Source of the DNA: Octopus vulgaris
Taxonomy: Eukaryota
DNA length: 64,000 bases
Direction of reading: 5' to 3'
NCBI GenBank assembly: GCA_951406725.2
Contig: OX597824.1
Location: 82,646,001 to 82,710,000, forward strand
In this document: positions 14,593-29,263 of the stretch, one piece after another
How positions within the stretch are numbered: position 1 is the first letter of the stretch
Layout of the letters: every line of letters begins with the position of its first letter
Notes under the pieces: generated by a model
The model's database searches: none
What the model saw: only the letters and a program-made list of their open reading frames with translations
Told to the model about the DNA's origin: nothing
Program-made: the position numbers and the translations under genes

Positions 14593-15058
14593 TCTTTGTG
14601 GTCTTTCAGGGTGAAGTGTGGGGACTTCACCCTCAGGGGTTCGGTTCGGTCATCGATTTTAAGGGAGGTGGCAATCTCTTTCCCGGCTAAATTGGTTTCA
14701 GTTAGCGCTGCGTCGTCTACTTTCTTGTACTTAGCTGTGATGGCGTTATCGGCTAGTCTGTTGTAGGTATCCGGAGTCACCGCGTAAATATTTTTTGTCT
14801 TGTCCGAAGGGACATGGAGGTTCTGGGAGCTTTTAATTTTCGAAAGCTTCTCATTCAGTTCCGTTTGGAAAGGTAGGTTGACTCTCCTGAATTTGATGTT
14901 TTTTATCATGAGGAAGAGGTCTTCTTCAAACGGTTCAAGTAGGCTGTTGGTAGGAGGGGCCTTATATATAATATATATATATAAGGCCCCTCCTACCAAC
15001 AGCCTACTTGAACCGTTTGAAGAAGACCTCTTCCTCATGATAAAAAACATCAAATTCA
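14590..15058 (-). mobile_element. Penelope-like element ORF fragment (RT N-terminal region) with inverted 5' duplication
   Basis: Open frame [17 protein letters not shown]...SDKTKNIY...YKK...FTLKDHK matches PLE pre-RT motifs; palindrome 14888-15058; TA tracts on both sides. Confidence 0.8.
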
Positions 15059-15070
15059 TCAAATATACAT

Positions 15071-15630
<560 letters not shown>

Positions 15631-15702
15631 TTTATATTGTATATAATATGTATCGTATTATATTCACACACACATATATATACAACAGACTTCCACATAA
15701 TT

Positions 15703-15756
<54 letters not shown>

Positions 15757-16020
15757 TGCCTGCTTGTCACACACACATACACCACTTGACAATCGATGTT
15801 GCTTTGTTTACCTGTAACTTAGCGGTTCGGCTAAAAGAGAGCGACAGAATAGTACGAGGCAATATAGAAAAATGTACTAGGGTCGATTAATTCGACTAAA
15901 CCTGTAAAGTTAGCGCCCCAGCATGGCCGCAGTCCAATAATTGAAACAAGTTACGAGATAAAGGATGCAAAGATTATTTATTTATCTATCTATCTAGCTA
16001 TCTATCCCTCTATCTGTCTA

Positions 16021-16115
<95 letters not shown>

Positions 16116-16900
16116 GTCTTTAAACACTATATCCAAGACGATAAGGCTCGGTTTCACTGCTATTTCTAGCCGGTCGAGTGGACACATAAAGCCACCACTT
16201 CATATGCGAGTTGGTGTATTATAAATCTTAAATCAACAACGAGAAATAACAGTGAAATAAGTCAATATGAAGTACTTATTTAAAGAGAGTGAAGTGCTTC
16301 TAGGTGTCGTCTGCTTGTCCTGACAGACATGTTGAAAATATAATATGATCGATTAGTCTAGACGTGTAAAGGAATAAGATATTCAACGAGTGCACTTGGT
16401 TTAGACTTGAATTAGACTACACTCGACATTAAAGCTGTGTCTGTGTGTACGACCTTCACTGACGGCATGGCTATATTTACATCGTTAAGGCTGCCATCGT
16501 GCAACAAGAAGTCGGTCGTCTGCTTGAGTAAGCCTGTTTGCACACATACATTCATAAATACGTACATGCATGCATACGCATATACATATGCACGCATGCG
16601 CTTGTATGAATACATACATACATATATTGTGTGCGTGTTCGTGCATGCGCGTGCGTGTGTCTTTTACTCGTTTCAGTCATTGGACTGGGGCCATGCTGTA
16701 GCAACCTTTTATTGCGTTTAGACTAATAAATCGAGCTCAGGACTTATTTTTTAAAAAGCTTGATGCTTATTCTATGGAGATTTTTTGCCGAACTGCTAAG
16801 TTACGGGGACGTACTGTAGCCAACACTGGTTGCTTTAAGCGACGATAGAGGACAAATTACAAACACGAACACACACACACTTATTTGATTTTATTCATAC

Positions 16901-16982
<82 letters not shown>

Positions 16983-16994
16983 CTATCTATCTGA

Positions 16995-17395
16995 GAGGTA
17001 AGAAGTTTGTTTCCCAACTACATGGTTCCATGTTCAGTCCCGCTGCTTGGAACATTATGCAAGTGACTTCTACTATAGCCTCGAGCATACCAAAGCTTTG
17101 TGAGTGGATTTGGTAGATGGAAACTGAAAGAAGCCTCTCGTGTTTATATGTGTGTGTGTGCGTGTGTGCTTGTGTGCAATTATGAGTATATCTTTCTGTA
17201 TTTATTTGAGCTTCACCACCGCTTAACAACCGGTATTGGCTTGTTTCGGTGATTCGGAAAAAGTGACCGAGAGGATAACTACCTGACTTAGAAATAAGTG
17301 CTGGGCTCGATTTATTCGACTGACCCCTACGAGGTGGTACCCCAGCATGGACTCAGTCCCATTGGACTGAACAAATAAAACATAAATGATAAAAG
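16995..17395 (+). mobile_element. Degenerate SINE family A
   Basis: ggtaagaagtttg...gtggatttggtagatggaaactgaaagaagcc...ccagcatgg. Confidence 0.75.
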
Positions 17396-17442
17396 ATATA
17401 TATATATATATGCGTGTGTGTGTATATATGTATATGTGTGTG

Positions 17443-17501
<59 letters not shown>

Positions 17502-17535
17502 AAAATTAAATAAGTAACTGGATGTCAGATATTAA

Positions 17536-17621
17536 TGCAATACGACCGTTTCAAGCGGCTCCATTTAATCGAACAATGCAAGATTTACATCAGTTTAAAT
17601 ACAGTGTCATCTTCAGTTGCA
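17536..17621 (-). ncRNA. Type I hammerhead ribozyme motif (degenerate stem II)
   Basis: Minus strand: tgcaa-CTGAAGA-(long stem II)-GAAAC-ggtc-GTA-ttgca; 5-bp stem I. Confidence 0.6.
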
Positions 17622-17915
17622 AAAAATATAGATTTTCAACAAACAAGATGTATTAGTATAATTTTTCTCAAATATCAGAGATAGAGGATGAAAGAATTCC
17701 ATGTTGCTACTATTGCAGTAGAAATAATCTAAGAGAAAAACATCAACAATTTTGGAGTGGCAGGAATGAATCACATTGGGGGTCATGGGATTGCAATTCG
17801 TTTCTAATTTTACGGTTGTTCTCTATAATGTTTTCAGTGCTTTAGGTGACTCATTGGGGGTTTTGACTCCTATTTCTAAACAGGTTAACCGCCCAGTGCA
17901 TCATTTTCCTTAGTG

Positions 17916-17996
<81 letters not shown>

Positions 17997-18071
17997 CAGG
18001 TAAAATAAAATACAAAATATATGTTGGTTTTCTTTTTAAAATAAATGAGAATTCCTATTATTGACTTGACC

Positions 18072-18400
18072 AGAGCAAATCGACCCCAGGACTTATTCTT
18101 TGTAAGCCTAGTACTTATTCTATCGGTCTCTTTTGCCGAAACGCTAAGTTACGGGGATGTAAACACACCACCATCGGTTGTCAAGCGATGTTAGGGTGAC
18201 AAACACACACACATACATATATACATATACATATATACGACGGGCTTCTTTCAGTTTCCGTCTACCAAATCCTCTCAGAAGGCTTTGGTCGGCTCGAGGC
18301 TATAGTAGAAGGCACTTGCCCAAGGTGCCACGCAGTGGGACTGAACCCGGAACCATGTGGTTGGTAAGCAAGCTACTTACCACACAGCCATTCCTGCGCC
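18072..18400 (-). mobile_element. SINE family A (3' end missing)
   Basis: High identity to 3940-4278. Confidence 0.88.
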
Positions 18401-18530
18401 TGTTGAGGGTCTATGGAAACTTTAAGGGCCTATGGAAACTCCTGCGCTTGTTAAGGGTCTATGGAAACTTTTGCTTTAGATTTATTTATAGAATTCTTTT
18501 TCCAACATTTCACATAGTTCCACCAACACT

Positions 18531-18718
18531 CATCATTGTTCGACCGTGGTCGAGACAATGGAATTTACTATGCTACGCCAGACTTCACGGTCCATCATAG
18601 CATTACGGAGGTCCTGTTGCTGGATGCCTGTATCCTTGGAGATTACATCAGGGTAGGAGAGTATGCACCCTCTGGTATCGCGAGTAGATGGCTTCCAGAG
18701 GAGAAGAGTAGAAGTTGC
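18531..18718 (-). mobile_element. RTE LINE 3'-terminal fragment
   Basis: Matches the tail of 13450-13640. Confidence 0.88.
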
Positions 18719-18753
18719 TAGTTTTTGTGCGAAACACTAGTTAATGTGTGAAA

Positions 18754-19138
18754 GGAGGCGCAATGGCCCAGTGGTTAGGGCAGCGGACTCGCGGTCATAG
18801 GATCGCGGTTTCGATTTCCAGACCGGGCGTTGTGAGTGTTTATTGAGCGAAAACACCTAAAGCTCCACGAGGCTCCGGCAGGGCTGGTGGTGATCCCTGC
18901 TGTACTCTTTCATCACAACTTTCTCTCACTCTTACTTCCTGTTTCTGTTGTACCTGTATTTCAAAGGGCCGGCCTTGTCACTCTCTGTGTCACGCTGAAT
19001 ATCCCCGAGAACTACGTTAATGGTGCACGTGTCTGTGGAGTGCTCAGCCACTTACACGTTAATTTCACGAGCAGGCTGTTCCGTTGATTCGGATCAACCG
19101 GAACCCTCATCGTCGGAACCGACGGAGTGCTTCCATCC
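18754..19138 (+). mobile_element. tRNA-derived SINE family C (H1+T1), full length
   Basis: A/B boxes; TSD aatgtgtgaaa at 18743-18753 and 19139-19149. Confidence 0.93.
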
Positions 19139-19689
19139 AATGTGTGAAAAGCAAAATAGGAATTTGGAAAGAAGCATATAGAAAATCAGTTTTTAAGCAT
19201 TGACTAGCGATGGGGGTCCACCAGCGTAGAATACTAATCAAAGAAATCCATAGATAAAATATGGTTAAGAATCACTGGGCTAGAAAAAATTGATTGTTTG
19301 TTTGTATTGCGAAATTCTGACAAGTACCTCAGCACGAAATTCAAATCAACTGAGTCACTCATGTAGCTTCTTAAACACAACGTGTGGCTGTATGGTCAAG
19401 ACTTATATGTTCAGACTTGCGTTCGTGTTCAGATTCATTCACTGCGCGGCACTTTGGGGAAAAGTTTTCCATCAATTAAATTCTATTCACAAAACAATTT
19501 GAATGAATTTGGGAGACGAAATCTGTACGAAAGCTTGGCAAAGATATGAATTTCATTAGATGCGCACACGCAGCATTTATACTTGTGTGCATGTATGTAT
19601 GTGTGTATCTCTATGTGTGCGTGCGTGTATCTGCGAGCGTGTATCTGTGTATGTGTGTACGTGTCTGTGTTTGTGTGTGTGAGAGTGTG

Positions 19690-20560
19690 TGAGAACAGTT
19701 ATGTCTCCAGATGCAGTCTTTGGAGACATTGTCAGTATCATATCCTGGTGCTACTGGATGTTTCGGATCATACAACATACACCCTCATTTAGGAAACTCG
19801 AACTAGGTTGATCAACCCTCACCGGTCACCTCCCTTTTAGTAGCCAGAGTCATGTTAGTGCCTTCTTAGCAGCCCCTTGTGTTGTTTTTGGGGCTCTTCT
19901 TCTACGCCTTTCCTACTGTAATGTCCAGGGTTCTGTAAGCCTTATTCAGAGAACGATCCGCGAACTTTCGACTGCCAACTCCTACTAACAAATGTGGAGG
20001 CGCAAGTAGGATCGCAAGTAGTTTCGATTCCCAGACCGGGCGTTGTGAGTGTTTATTGAGCGAAAACACCTAAAGCTCCACGAGGCACCGGCAGGGGGTG
20101 GTGGTGATCCCTGCTGTACTCTTTCACCACAACTCTCTCTCACTCTTACTTCCTGTTTCTGTTGTACCTGTATTTCAAAGGGCCGGCCTTGTCACACTCT
20201 GTGTCATGCTGAATATCCCCGAGAACTACGTTAAGGGTACACGTGTCTGTGGAGTGCTCAGCCACTTACACGTTAATTTCACGGGCAGGCTGTTCCGTTG
20301 ATTCGGATCAACCGGAACCCTCATCGTCGGAACCGACGGAGTGCTTCCACACTAACAAATACCTGGTCTTGCAACAACTCCCTCGGCAGCACAAACCACC
20401 TCCTCGAAATTGGCTCACTTCTTCTCTTGGGGGCTCCTCCATGCTCTCCTCGGAGTGAGCACAGTTAACTCCAATGGAATCAGATGCCTTGACTCCGAAA
20501 CCACGAAGATACTGATAAGGTCTGGATTATATGTGGTTGAAAGTGCTGTTGTTTCTCAAC
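19690..20560 (-). mobile_element. Decayed HERO-like non-LTR retrotransposon (restriction-like endonuclease domain plus 3' UTR), interrupted by a SINE
   Basis: Frameshifted minus translation NPDLI...LELTV...EESMEE..EKK...VGVGSRKF..SLNKAYRTLDI...AAKKA..LWL matches the PD-(D/E)xK C-terminus of RLE-type LINEs. Confidence 0.75.
19994..20350 (+). mobile_element. SINE family C with rearranged head
   Basis: TSD actaacaaat at 19984-19993 and 20351-20360; A-box region deleted. Confidence 0.9.
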
Positions 20561-20574
20561 ACCAAGCAATCATC

Positions 20575-20606
<32 letters not shown>

Positions 20607-20829
20607 CGTATGTGTGTCTCTGTATTTGTCTTCCATCACCACTTCATGACCCGCGATGGTGTGTTTATGTCTCTATTACTTAGCGGTTCGGCAAAAAATA
20701 ACGGACAGAATAAGCACTAGGCTTTCAAGAAATAAGTGCTGGGGTCGAATTATTCGATTTAAAATTCTTTAAGGCGGTGCCCCAGCATCGACGCGGTCTA
20801 ATGACCGAAACAAGAAAAACAAAAAAGAT

Positions 20830-21475
20830 ACACATACATATATATATATACATACATACATACATACATGCATACATACATGCATACATACATACATACA
20901 TGCATACATACAGAGATACACACATACATACATACATACATACATACATACATGCATACATACATGCATACATACATACATACATGCATACATACATGCA
21001 TACATACACACACATACATACAAACACACATACATACATACAAACACACACGCATACATACATACACATACACATACATACAAATGCACACACATACATA
21101 CATACATACATACATACACACATGCATACATACGTACAAACACACATACATACGTAAATACATTCATACATACATGCATACATGTATACATACATACATA
21201 CATGCATACATACATACATACATACATATACATACATACATACATACATACATACATACATACATACATACATACATACATACATACATACATACATACA
21301 TACATACATACATACATGCATACATACATACACACATCAGTGTGTATGTACTGAAGTGTCGAGGTTTAGGGAAGCATGACTTAGTTCACGCAACAATGGT
21401 TGAGTCTTAGCAAGTGTATACATGGCTATTGTAGTGTGAAGAGCTATATATAGATATCTGTGCTTCTGAGTCTAT

Positions 21476-21523
<48 letters not shown>

Positions 21524-21995
21524 AAAGGGGGGGGGGAAGATGAGGGGGGAAGAGGGGGGAGAGGAGAGCCTGAGTGAGGTAATAAGTGAACAATTATCAT
21601 TATTATTAAATATATATATATGCGCACAAAGATATATATACGCACGTAAAACGGTGGTGGTGGTGGTGGTGGTGGTGGTGGTGGTGGTGGTGGTGGTGGT
21701 GGTGGTGGTGGTGGTGTTGGGGGTGGTGGGGGTGTTGAAAGAGTTGGTAGTGATGACTTTGATAATGACAACTATGGTGTGACTGACAATCGTGATATCG
21801 ATGGCAGAGAGGGAGACAGACAGACAGACAGACAGACTACAGAGAGAGAGAGATAGACAGACAGACAGACAGACAGAGATATAGACAAAGACATACAGAA
21901 AGAGAGAGACAGAGACAGAGTCACAGAGAGACTCAGAGAGAGACGAGACAGACAGAGGCAGACAGAAAGACAGGCAGACAGACAGACAGACAGAC

Positions 21996-22057
<62 letters not shown>

Positions 22058-22192
22058 GTAGGTAGGTAGGTAGGTAGGTAGGTAGGTATGTAGGTAGGTA
22101 GGTTGGTAGGTAGGCAGGTAGGTAGGTAGGCAGGCAGATAGACAAAGAGACAGACAGAGTGGGAGAGAGAGGAGATAGACAGACTGACAGAC

Positions 22193-22248
<56 letters not shown>

Positions 22249-22260
22249 ATAGGTAGATAA

Positions 22261-22329
<69 letters not shown>

Positions 22330-22441
22330 CAGATAGATAGATAGATAGATAGATAGATATATAGATTGATAGATAGATACATACATACATACATACATAC
22401 ATACATACATACATACATACATACATACATACATACATACA

Positions 22442-22475
<34 letters not shown>

Positions 22476-22520
22476 CATACATACGTACATACATAAATAC
22501 ATACATGGATAGATAGATAG
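20830..22520. repeat. (TACA)n, (GA)n, (GGT)n, (GATA)n, (GGTA)n microsatellite field
   Basis: Directly visible. Confidence 0.95.
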
Positions 22521-22742
22521 ATCTAACTTTAGCAAAGCCACTTATCTGTTGATGCTAAAAGTATTTTCAATATTTATATTGGTATGGCAACTCGATTACG
22601 TATGTTGGCTTAGACAAATGTATCTATGTGGGTTGTTTGCTTGAGCTTGTATGTATCTATGTATGCACATATTATATGCACGTGTGTATTTATCTATATA
22701 TATATGTGTATCTATGTGCCTATGTATGTGTTTATATATATA

Positions 22743-23136
22743 CTAGCAGTATCGCCCGGCGTTGCTCGGGTTTGCAAGAGAAATAACTATATAAGCATTT
22801 TTAGAGAGTTATAGCCAAAAAATAGCAAAAAAATGCATTAAAAATGGAAAAAAATGATGGTAATTTTTTTTTTAAATCGTTGACTCATCTAAGACATTTT
22901 TAGAGAGTTACTTCCCTTATATAATAGCGAAAAAATGCATTAAAACGGAAAAAATGATGGCAATTTTTTTTTTAAATCGTAGACTCATCGTAGACGCGCG
23001 CTAATACCCAGAAAGGCTCGATATGAATCACGACTATAAGATACCCGGTTTTGGTTAAACTGCACCGCAAAATGTGGGAGTAGTTAGGAATCTAAATCGT
23101 AGGAGACAGACACACAACCTTACTTTTATAAATAAA

Positions 23137-23138
<2 letters not shown>
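22743..23138 (-). mobile_element. Non-autonomous Helitron
   Basis: Minus strand 5' TC...cccgagcaacgccgggcgatactgCTAG, inserted between A and T; internal ~100-bp tandem duplication. Confidence 0.88.
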
Positions 23139-23221
<83 letters not shown>

Positions 23222-23223
<2 letters not shown>

Positions 23224-23415
23224 CTGCTGCACGCATTTTTTTCTCTCCTTGTTTCTCTCCGTGTTTCTTTTCTGTGTATCTTTCTGTTGAAGAGCGTAGG
23301 TTCGAAACGTAAAAGACTTGTTGTATTTCTATTCCTGAGCGCCATACTAATACAATTGCTTGTTTGTACTCCACCTGCCTTCGTCTTTTGTTTATTTTCG
23401 TAAAGCTTCCTGTTA
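23222..23415 (+). mobile_element. Penelope-like terminal-repeat fragment (family P1) in a TA tract
   Basis: cttt-ctgttga-a-gagcgtaggttc-gaaacgta-aaag hammerhead-variant motif; homologous to 47725-47902. Confidence 0.65.
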
Positions 23416-23437
23416 TATATATATATATATATATATA

Positions 23438-23670
23438 TACTCTTTTACTCTTTTACTTGTTTCAGTCTTATGACTGCGTCCATGTTAGAGCACCGCCTTT
23501 AGTCGAGCAAATCGACCCCAGGACTTATTCTTTGTAAAGCCTAGTACTTATTCTATCGGTTTCTTTTGCCGAATCGCTAAGTTATGGGGACGTAAACACA
23601 CCGGCATCGGTTATCAAGCGATGCTGGGGGGACAAACACAGGCACACAAACATATACACACACATTCATA
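23438..23670 (-). mobile_element. SINE family A, 3' half
   Basis: Matches 3875-4110. Confidence 0.85.
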
Positions 23671-23712
<42 letters not shown>

Positions 23713-23782
23713 TACAAATAATACTATATTTGTTCCACGTCCTCGCGTTGTTGTGTTTTTTTGTGCTTTCTTGTTTGGATTA

Positions 23783-23833
<51 letters not shown>

Positions 23834-23874
23834 TTGGTGAAATTGATTAATTAATTAATTTTACCCTCAATTGT

Positions 23875-23939
<65 letters not shown>

Positions 23940-24053
23940 CGTGATCACCGTGACCGACCAGGCTATCAGATGTTGCTCCACATCGCTGGTCACAATGCGT
24001 TTCGCATTGTTTTAACGTTTAAATGACGCCAGCCCGCTGGCTAAGCGAGCAGG

Positions 24054-24138
<85 letters not shown>

Positions 24139-24153
24139 CATACATATATATAC

Positions 24154-24196
<43 letters not shown>

Positions 24197-24274
24197 ACAC
24201 ACACACATATATACGACGGGCTTCTGCGGGTATGAAAACATGAGTGCGTGAGTGTGCATACAGACAGACAAACC

Positions 24275-24332
<58 letters not shown>

Positions 24333-24551
24333 ACATTCATCTTAGTTAATCGCTTAGTTAATAGCCGTTCATCATCATTATCATCATCATCACTATCATT
24401 ACTATCATCATGAATCTGCATTGATGTAAATAAATTGTTATTTTGACCTCAACTCGGTTATTATTTCAATCGATTTCATTTACATTTCATCTTTACTTCA
24501 ATCTCTCTAAGCTTTCTGATGAGTATTACCGAAACACTGTAATCACTATGT

Positions 24552-24937
24552 GGAAGCACTCCGTCGGTTACGACGACGAGGGTTCCGGTTAATCCGATCG
24601 ACGGAACAGCCTGCTCGTGAAATTAACGTGTAAGTGGCTGAGCACTCCACAGACACGTGTACCCTTAACGTAGTTCTCGGGGATATTCAGCGTGACACAG
24701 AGAGTGACAAGGCCGGCCTTTTGAAATACAGGTACATCAGAAACAGGAAGTAAGAGTGAGAGAAAGTTGTGGTGAAAGAGTACAGCAGGGATCGCCACCA
24801 TCCCTACCGGAGCCTCGTGGAGCTTTAGGTGTTTTCGCTCAATAAACACTCACAACACCCGGTCTGGGAATCGAAACCACGATCCTATGACCGCGAGTCC
24901 GCTGCCCTAACCACTGGGCCATTGCGCCTCCACATTG
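24552..24937 (-). mobile_element. SINE family C, full length
   Basis: TSD atcactatgt at 24542-24551 and 24938-24947. Confidence 0.92.
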
Positions 24938-25101
24938 ATCACTATGTAGGTGTCTATTTGCAGTGAATAAAAACAAAGCCCTTTCAGTTTTCATACGATG
25001 TATTTTGAATATTTAGTATTCAACTAACTTCATCCTCTAAAACTTGCAAACTATGTACCTAAACCAATGGTTCCCAAAGTGGGCGGTATTGCTCCTTTCC
25101 T

Positions 25102-25293
25102 TAAGGCGGGCGAGCTGGCAGAAACGTTAGCACGCCGGGCGAAATGCGTAGCCGTATTTCGCCTGCCGTTACGTTCTGAGTTCAAATTCCGCCGAGGTCG
25201 ACTTTGCCTTTCATCCTTTCGGGGGTCGATAAATTAAGTACCAGTTACGTACTGGGGATCGATGTAATTTGAACTCAGAACGTAGCGGCAGAC
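25102..25293 (+). mobile_element. SINE family B with a short inverted 3' segment
   Basis: Family B consensus, then tttgaactcagaacgtagcggcagac, the reverse complement of its own head. Confidence 0.85.
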
Positions 25294-25654
25294 ACGTATG
25301 TTACTCAGCTTATTCTAATTGAAGACTAAATCCCAAAAGCATTTAACATCTAGCTGTAGGTAAATTATACATGTTTAGGGCCTTCTTACATCCATCCATT
25401 AATACATCCATCCATCCATTCATACATACATACATACATACATACATGCAGGAATATAAACCAACAGGAAACACATTTGTATACGTATGCATGTACGTAC
25501 GATTGCATATATTTTGTACACAAAGGAAAACTTTCAGAATGTCATCATTTTGTTCAAGCGCTTTAGAGACTTGGCAAAGTTCCAGAAAACCATCAAAATA
25601 TGCACATATTACGTGTACACACTCTCACACACACACTCACATACATATATAAAT

Positions 25655-25692
<38 letters not shown>

Positions 25693-25861
25693 ATATACAT
25701 ATACTTGTGTTCGTACGTGTGTGTGTGTAATTATGTATTTATAACTATTGTTATCAGTATTGCGTATGTGTGTATATATATTTATATATATGTATATATA
25801 TATATATATGTTATATTTATATATATGTATATATATGTATATATATGTATATATATATATG

Positions 25862-25916
<55 letters not shown>

Positions 25917-25946
25917 GCGCCAAAAACATATATACACACATATAAA

Positions 25947-26069
25947 ATGGTGGTGGTGGTGGTGGCGGCGATGTTCTCGATGATGATCTTAATGATGATC
26001 GTGACTAATGTTAGTGAGGGTGATGATGGTGAGGAGGAGAGGGAGGAGGAGGATGGTTACAACGGCGAC

Positions 26070-26102
<33 letters not shown>

Positions 26103-26178
26103 AATGATAATGATAGTGGTGTGGTGGTGGTGTTGGTGATGAAGGTGATGATGATGATGGTAGTGACGGTGGTGGTAG

Positions 26179-26254
<76 letters not shown>

Positions 26255-26289
26255 AGTGATGATGATGATGAGGATGATAACGATGATGG

Positions 26290-26336
<47 letters not shown>

Positions 26337-27227
26337 GTGGGGAGCGGTGGATGCTGTTGATGAGTGATCTTCAGTAGTAGAAATAGTAGCAGCAGCAGCA
26401 GCAGTGGCAGCAGCAACAGCGGTAACCTTCATCTCCATTGAACAGTGCTGCCACCTGCATGACATTGAGATTTGACGTCAAACAAAATACGTCCGTAGTA
26501 ACAACAGAAGGCAGGGAATATTTTTCTACGAGCATCGCTGCAACTGCTGCTGCTGCTGCCACTGCTGCTGTTGCTGTTGTTGCTCTTGCTGTTGCTGCTG
26601 TTGCTGCTGTTGTTGTCGTTGTCGTTGATGCTGCTAATGACGACGACGACGACGACGACGATGATGATGATGACGATGACGACGGTGACGGTGATGATGA
26701 TGATGATGACGATGACGATGACGATGACGACGACGATAATGATGATGACGATGATGAAGATGATGATGATGATGAGGAGGAGGATTGATGATGATGATGA
26801 TGATGATGATGACGATGATGACGATGATGACGATGATGACGATGGTGATAAAGATGATGATGAAGATGAAGATGATGATGTTGGTGATGATGATGATGAT
26901 GATGACGATGATGACGATGATGACGATGGTGATAAAGATGATGATGAAGATGAAGATGATGATGTTGGTGATGATGATGATGATGATGATGATGGTGATG
27001 ATGATGGTTGTGGTGATGATGATGATGACAAAGACGACGACGACGACGAAGACGACGAAGACGACGAAGACGACGATGACCACGATGGCGATGTTAACGA
27101 TGATGACGATAATCATGTTGCTATTGCTGCTGCTGCTGCTGCTGCTGCTGTTGTTGTCGCTTATTGCTTTTGTTGTTGCTGTCGATGAGGTTCTCTCATT
27201 GCTGGCGTTATTGTTGTTGCTGCTGCT

Positions 27228-27258
<31 letters not shown>

Positions 27259-27260
27259 CT
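25947..27260. repeat. Trinucleotide mosaic (GGT/GAT/GAC/GCA/GCT/GTT)
   Basis: Directly visible; contains an ~81-bp internal duplication near 26840-26990. Confidence 0.9.
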
Positions 27261-27509
27261 ATTCTTGATATCATATTTGTTGCGCTGCTGCTACTGTTTT
27301 TCTTATCTTGTTGTTGCTTTCGTTGTAGTTGTTGTTGTTGTTATTGTAGCAAATGTTCTTCCTATTGATATCTTTTCGTTGCTCTTGTCGTTGTTCTTAC
27401 CGTTTTCCTTACCGATGTTATTACTTATATATCATTACAGCTGTTCTTTCCGTCATTTCTTATTAACATCTTTTATCTATATTTCTATTAGTCTCTGTTG
27501 TTATCATTA

Positions 27510-27899
27510 TACTCTCTTTACTCTTTTACTTGTTTCAGTCATTTGAAACAAGTCATTTAGTCGAGCAAATCGACCCCGGGACTTATTCTTTGTAAGCCCA
27601 GTACTTATTCTATCAGTCTTTTTTGCCGAACCGCTGAATTACGGGGACGTAAACACACCAGCATCGGTTGTCAAGCAATGCTAGGGGGACAAACACAGAC
27701 ACACAAACACACACACATACACATACATATATATATATACATATATACGACGGGCTTCTTTCGGTTTCCGTCATCCAAATCCACTCACAAGGCATTGGTC
27801 GGCCCGGGGCTATAGCAGAAGACACTTGCCCAAGATGCCACGCAGTGGGACTGAACCCGAAACCATGTGGTTGTTTAGGAAGCTACTTACCACACAGCC
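27510..27899 (-). mobile_element. SINE family A, near full length
   Basis: High identity to 3875-4268 with a small deletion. Confidence 0.9.
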
Positions 27900-28018
27900 G
27901 TGTATCATCATTATCATTATTATTTTATTTTTATCATTTCATAATATGTAAACCCTCAACACTGTATGTCTGTCTTTGTATTGTCCCCCTAATCCTTCGC
28001 CCTTGTGGCAAATAAATG

Positions 28019-28070
<52 letters not shown>

Positions 28071-28081
28071 TATTATCATCA

Positions 28082-28163
<82 letters not shown>

Positions 28164-28165
<2 letters not shown>

Positions 28166-28357
28166 GGCGGCGAGCAGGTAAAATCGTTAGGATACTGGTC
28201 GAAATGCTTAGCGGTATTTCGAGGTCGCCTTGGCCTTTCATACTTTCGGGGTCGATAAATTAAGTACCTGTTGAACACTGGAGTCGATGTAATCGACAAT
28301 CCCCTTCCCTCAAAATTTCAGGCCTTTTGCCTATAACAGAAAGGATTGTTATTATTG

Positions 28358-28450
<93 letters not shown>

Positions 28451-28561
28451 TATGCTTGACTTTTGCTTTATGTCTGTACAAGTTGTCTCCAAGTCTCACC
28501 CAGAGACCTCAAGCGACAACAGGTTGGAAGTTCACGTTGTTGTTATGCCTAGTGTGCCATA

Positions 28562-28610
<49 letters not shown>

Positions 28611-28629
28611 GTTGTTATTATTATTATTA

Positions 28630-28708
<79 letters not shown>

Positions 28709-28900
28709 GGCGGCGAGCAGGTAAAATCGTTAGGATACTGGTCGAAATGCTTAGCGGTATTTCGAGGTCGCCTTGGCCTTTCATACTTTCGGGGTCGATA
28801 AATTAAGTACCTGTTGAACACTGGAGTCGATGTAATCGACAATCCCCTTCCCTCAAAATTTCAGGCCTTTTGCCTATAACAGAAAGGATTGTTATTATTG

Positions 28901-28981
<81 letters not shown>

Positions 28982-29017
28982 TATGCTTGACTTTTGCTTT
29001 ATGTCTGTACAAGTTGT
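28164..29017. repeat. Local direct duplication (period 543 bp) of SINE B plus (TTA)n plus a LINE tail
   Basis: 28164-28486 and 28707-29017 are identical apart from TTA tract length. Confidence 0.9.
28451..28560 (-). mobile_element. R4/Dong-like LINE 3' end in (TAA)n
   Basis: Minus strand gaggtctctgggtgagacttgg...aaagtcaagcatag(aat)n; TAA-tract context; family assignment from recall. Confidence 0.5.
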
Positions 29018-29179
29018 TTTCAGAGGTGGCTTATTCAAACCCCAAAGGATCCCTCTCAACACATGGCTATGATGCTCCCCACTACTTCTGCTTAGCCACT
29101 AAAGAACAGGGTCAACTAGTTAAGGTCAAACAACTGACAAGCAAATCTGTGGTATTGAGCAGAATATTTGCTGTAGCCC

Positions 29180-29262
<83 letters not shown>

Positions 29263-29263
<1 letters not shown>

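Noticed and set aside
18754-18830. tRNA genes at SINE heads (also 34128, 43933, 4200-4278)
   Set aside because: A/B boxes are present but continue into SINE bodies with TSDs; no proper acceptor stem or terminator
24511-24545. Hammerhead-like CTGATGA...GAAAC
   Set aside because: Stems I and III do not pair convincingly, and the site is disrupted by a SINE insertion
26438-27188. Asp-rich acidic protein exon
   Set aside because: Mixed trinucleotide slippage tract with shifting frames and no convincing splice boundaries; the same applies to 48277-48681
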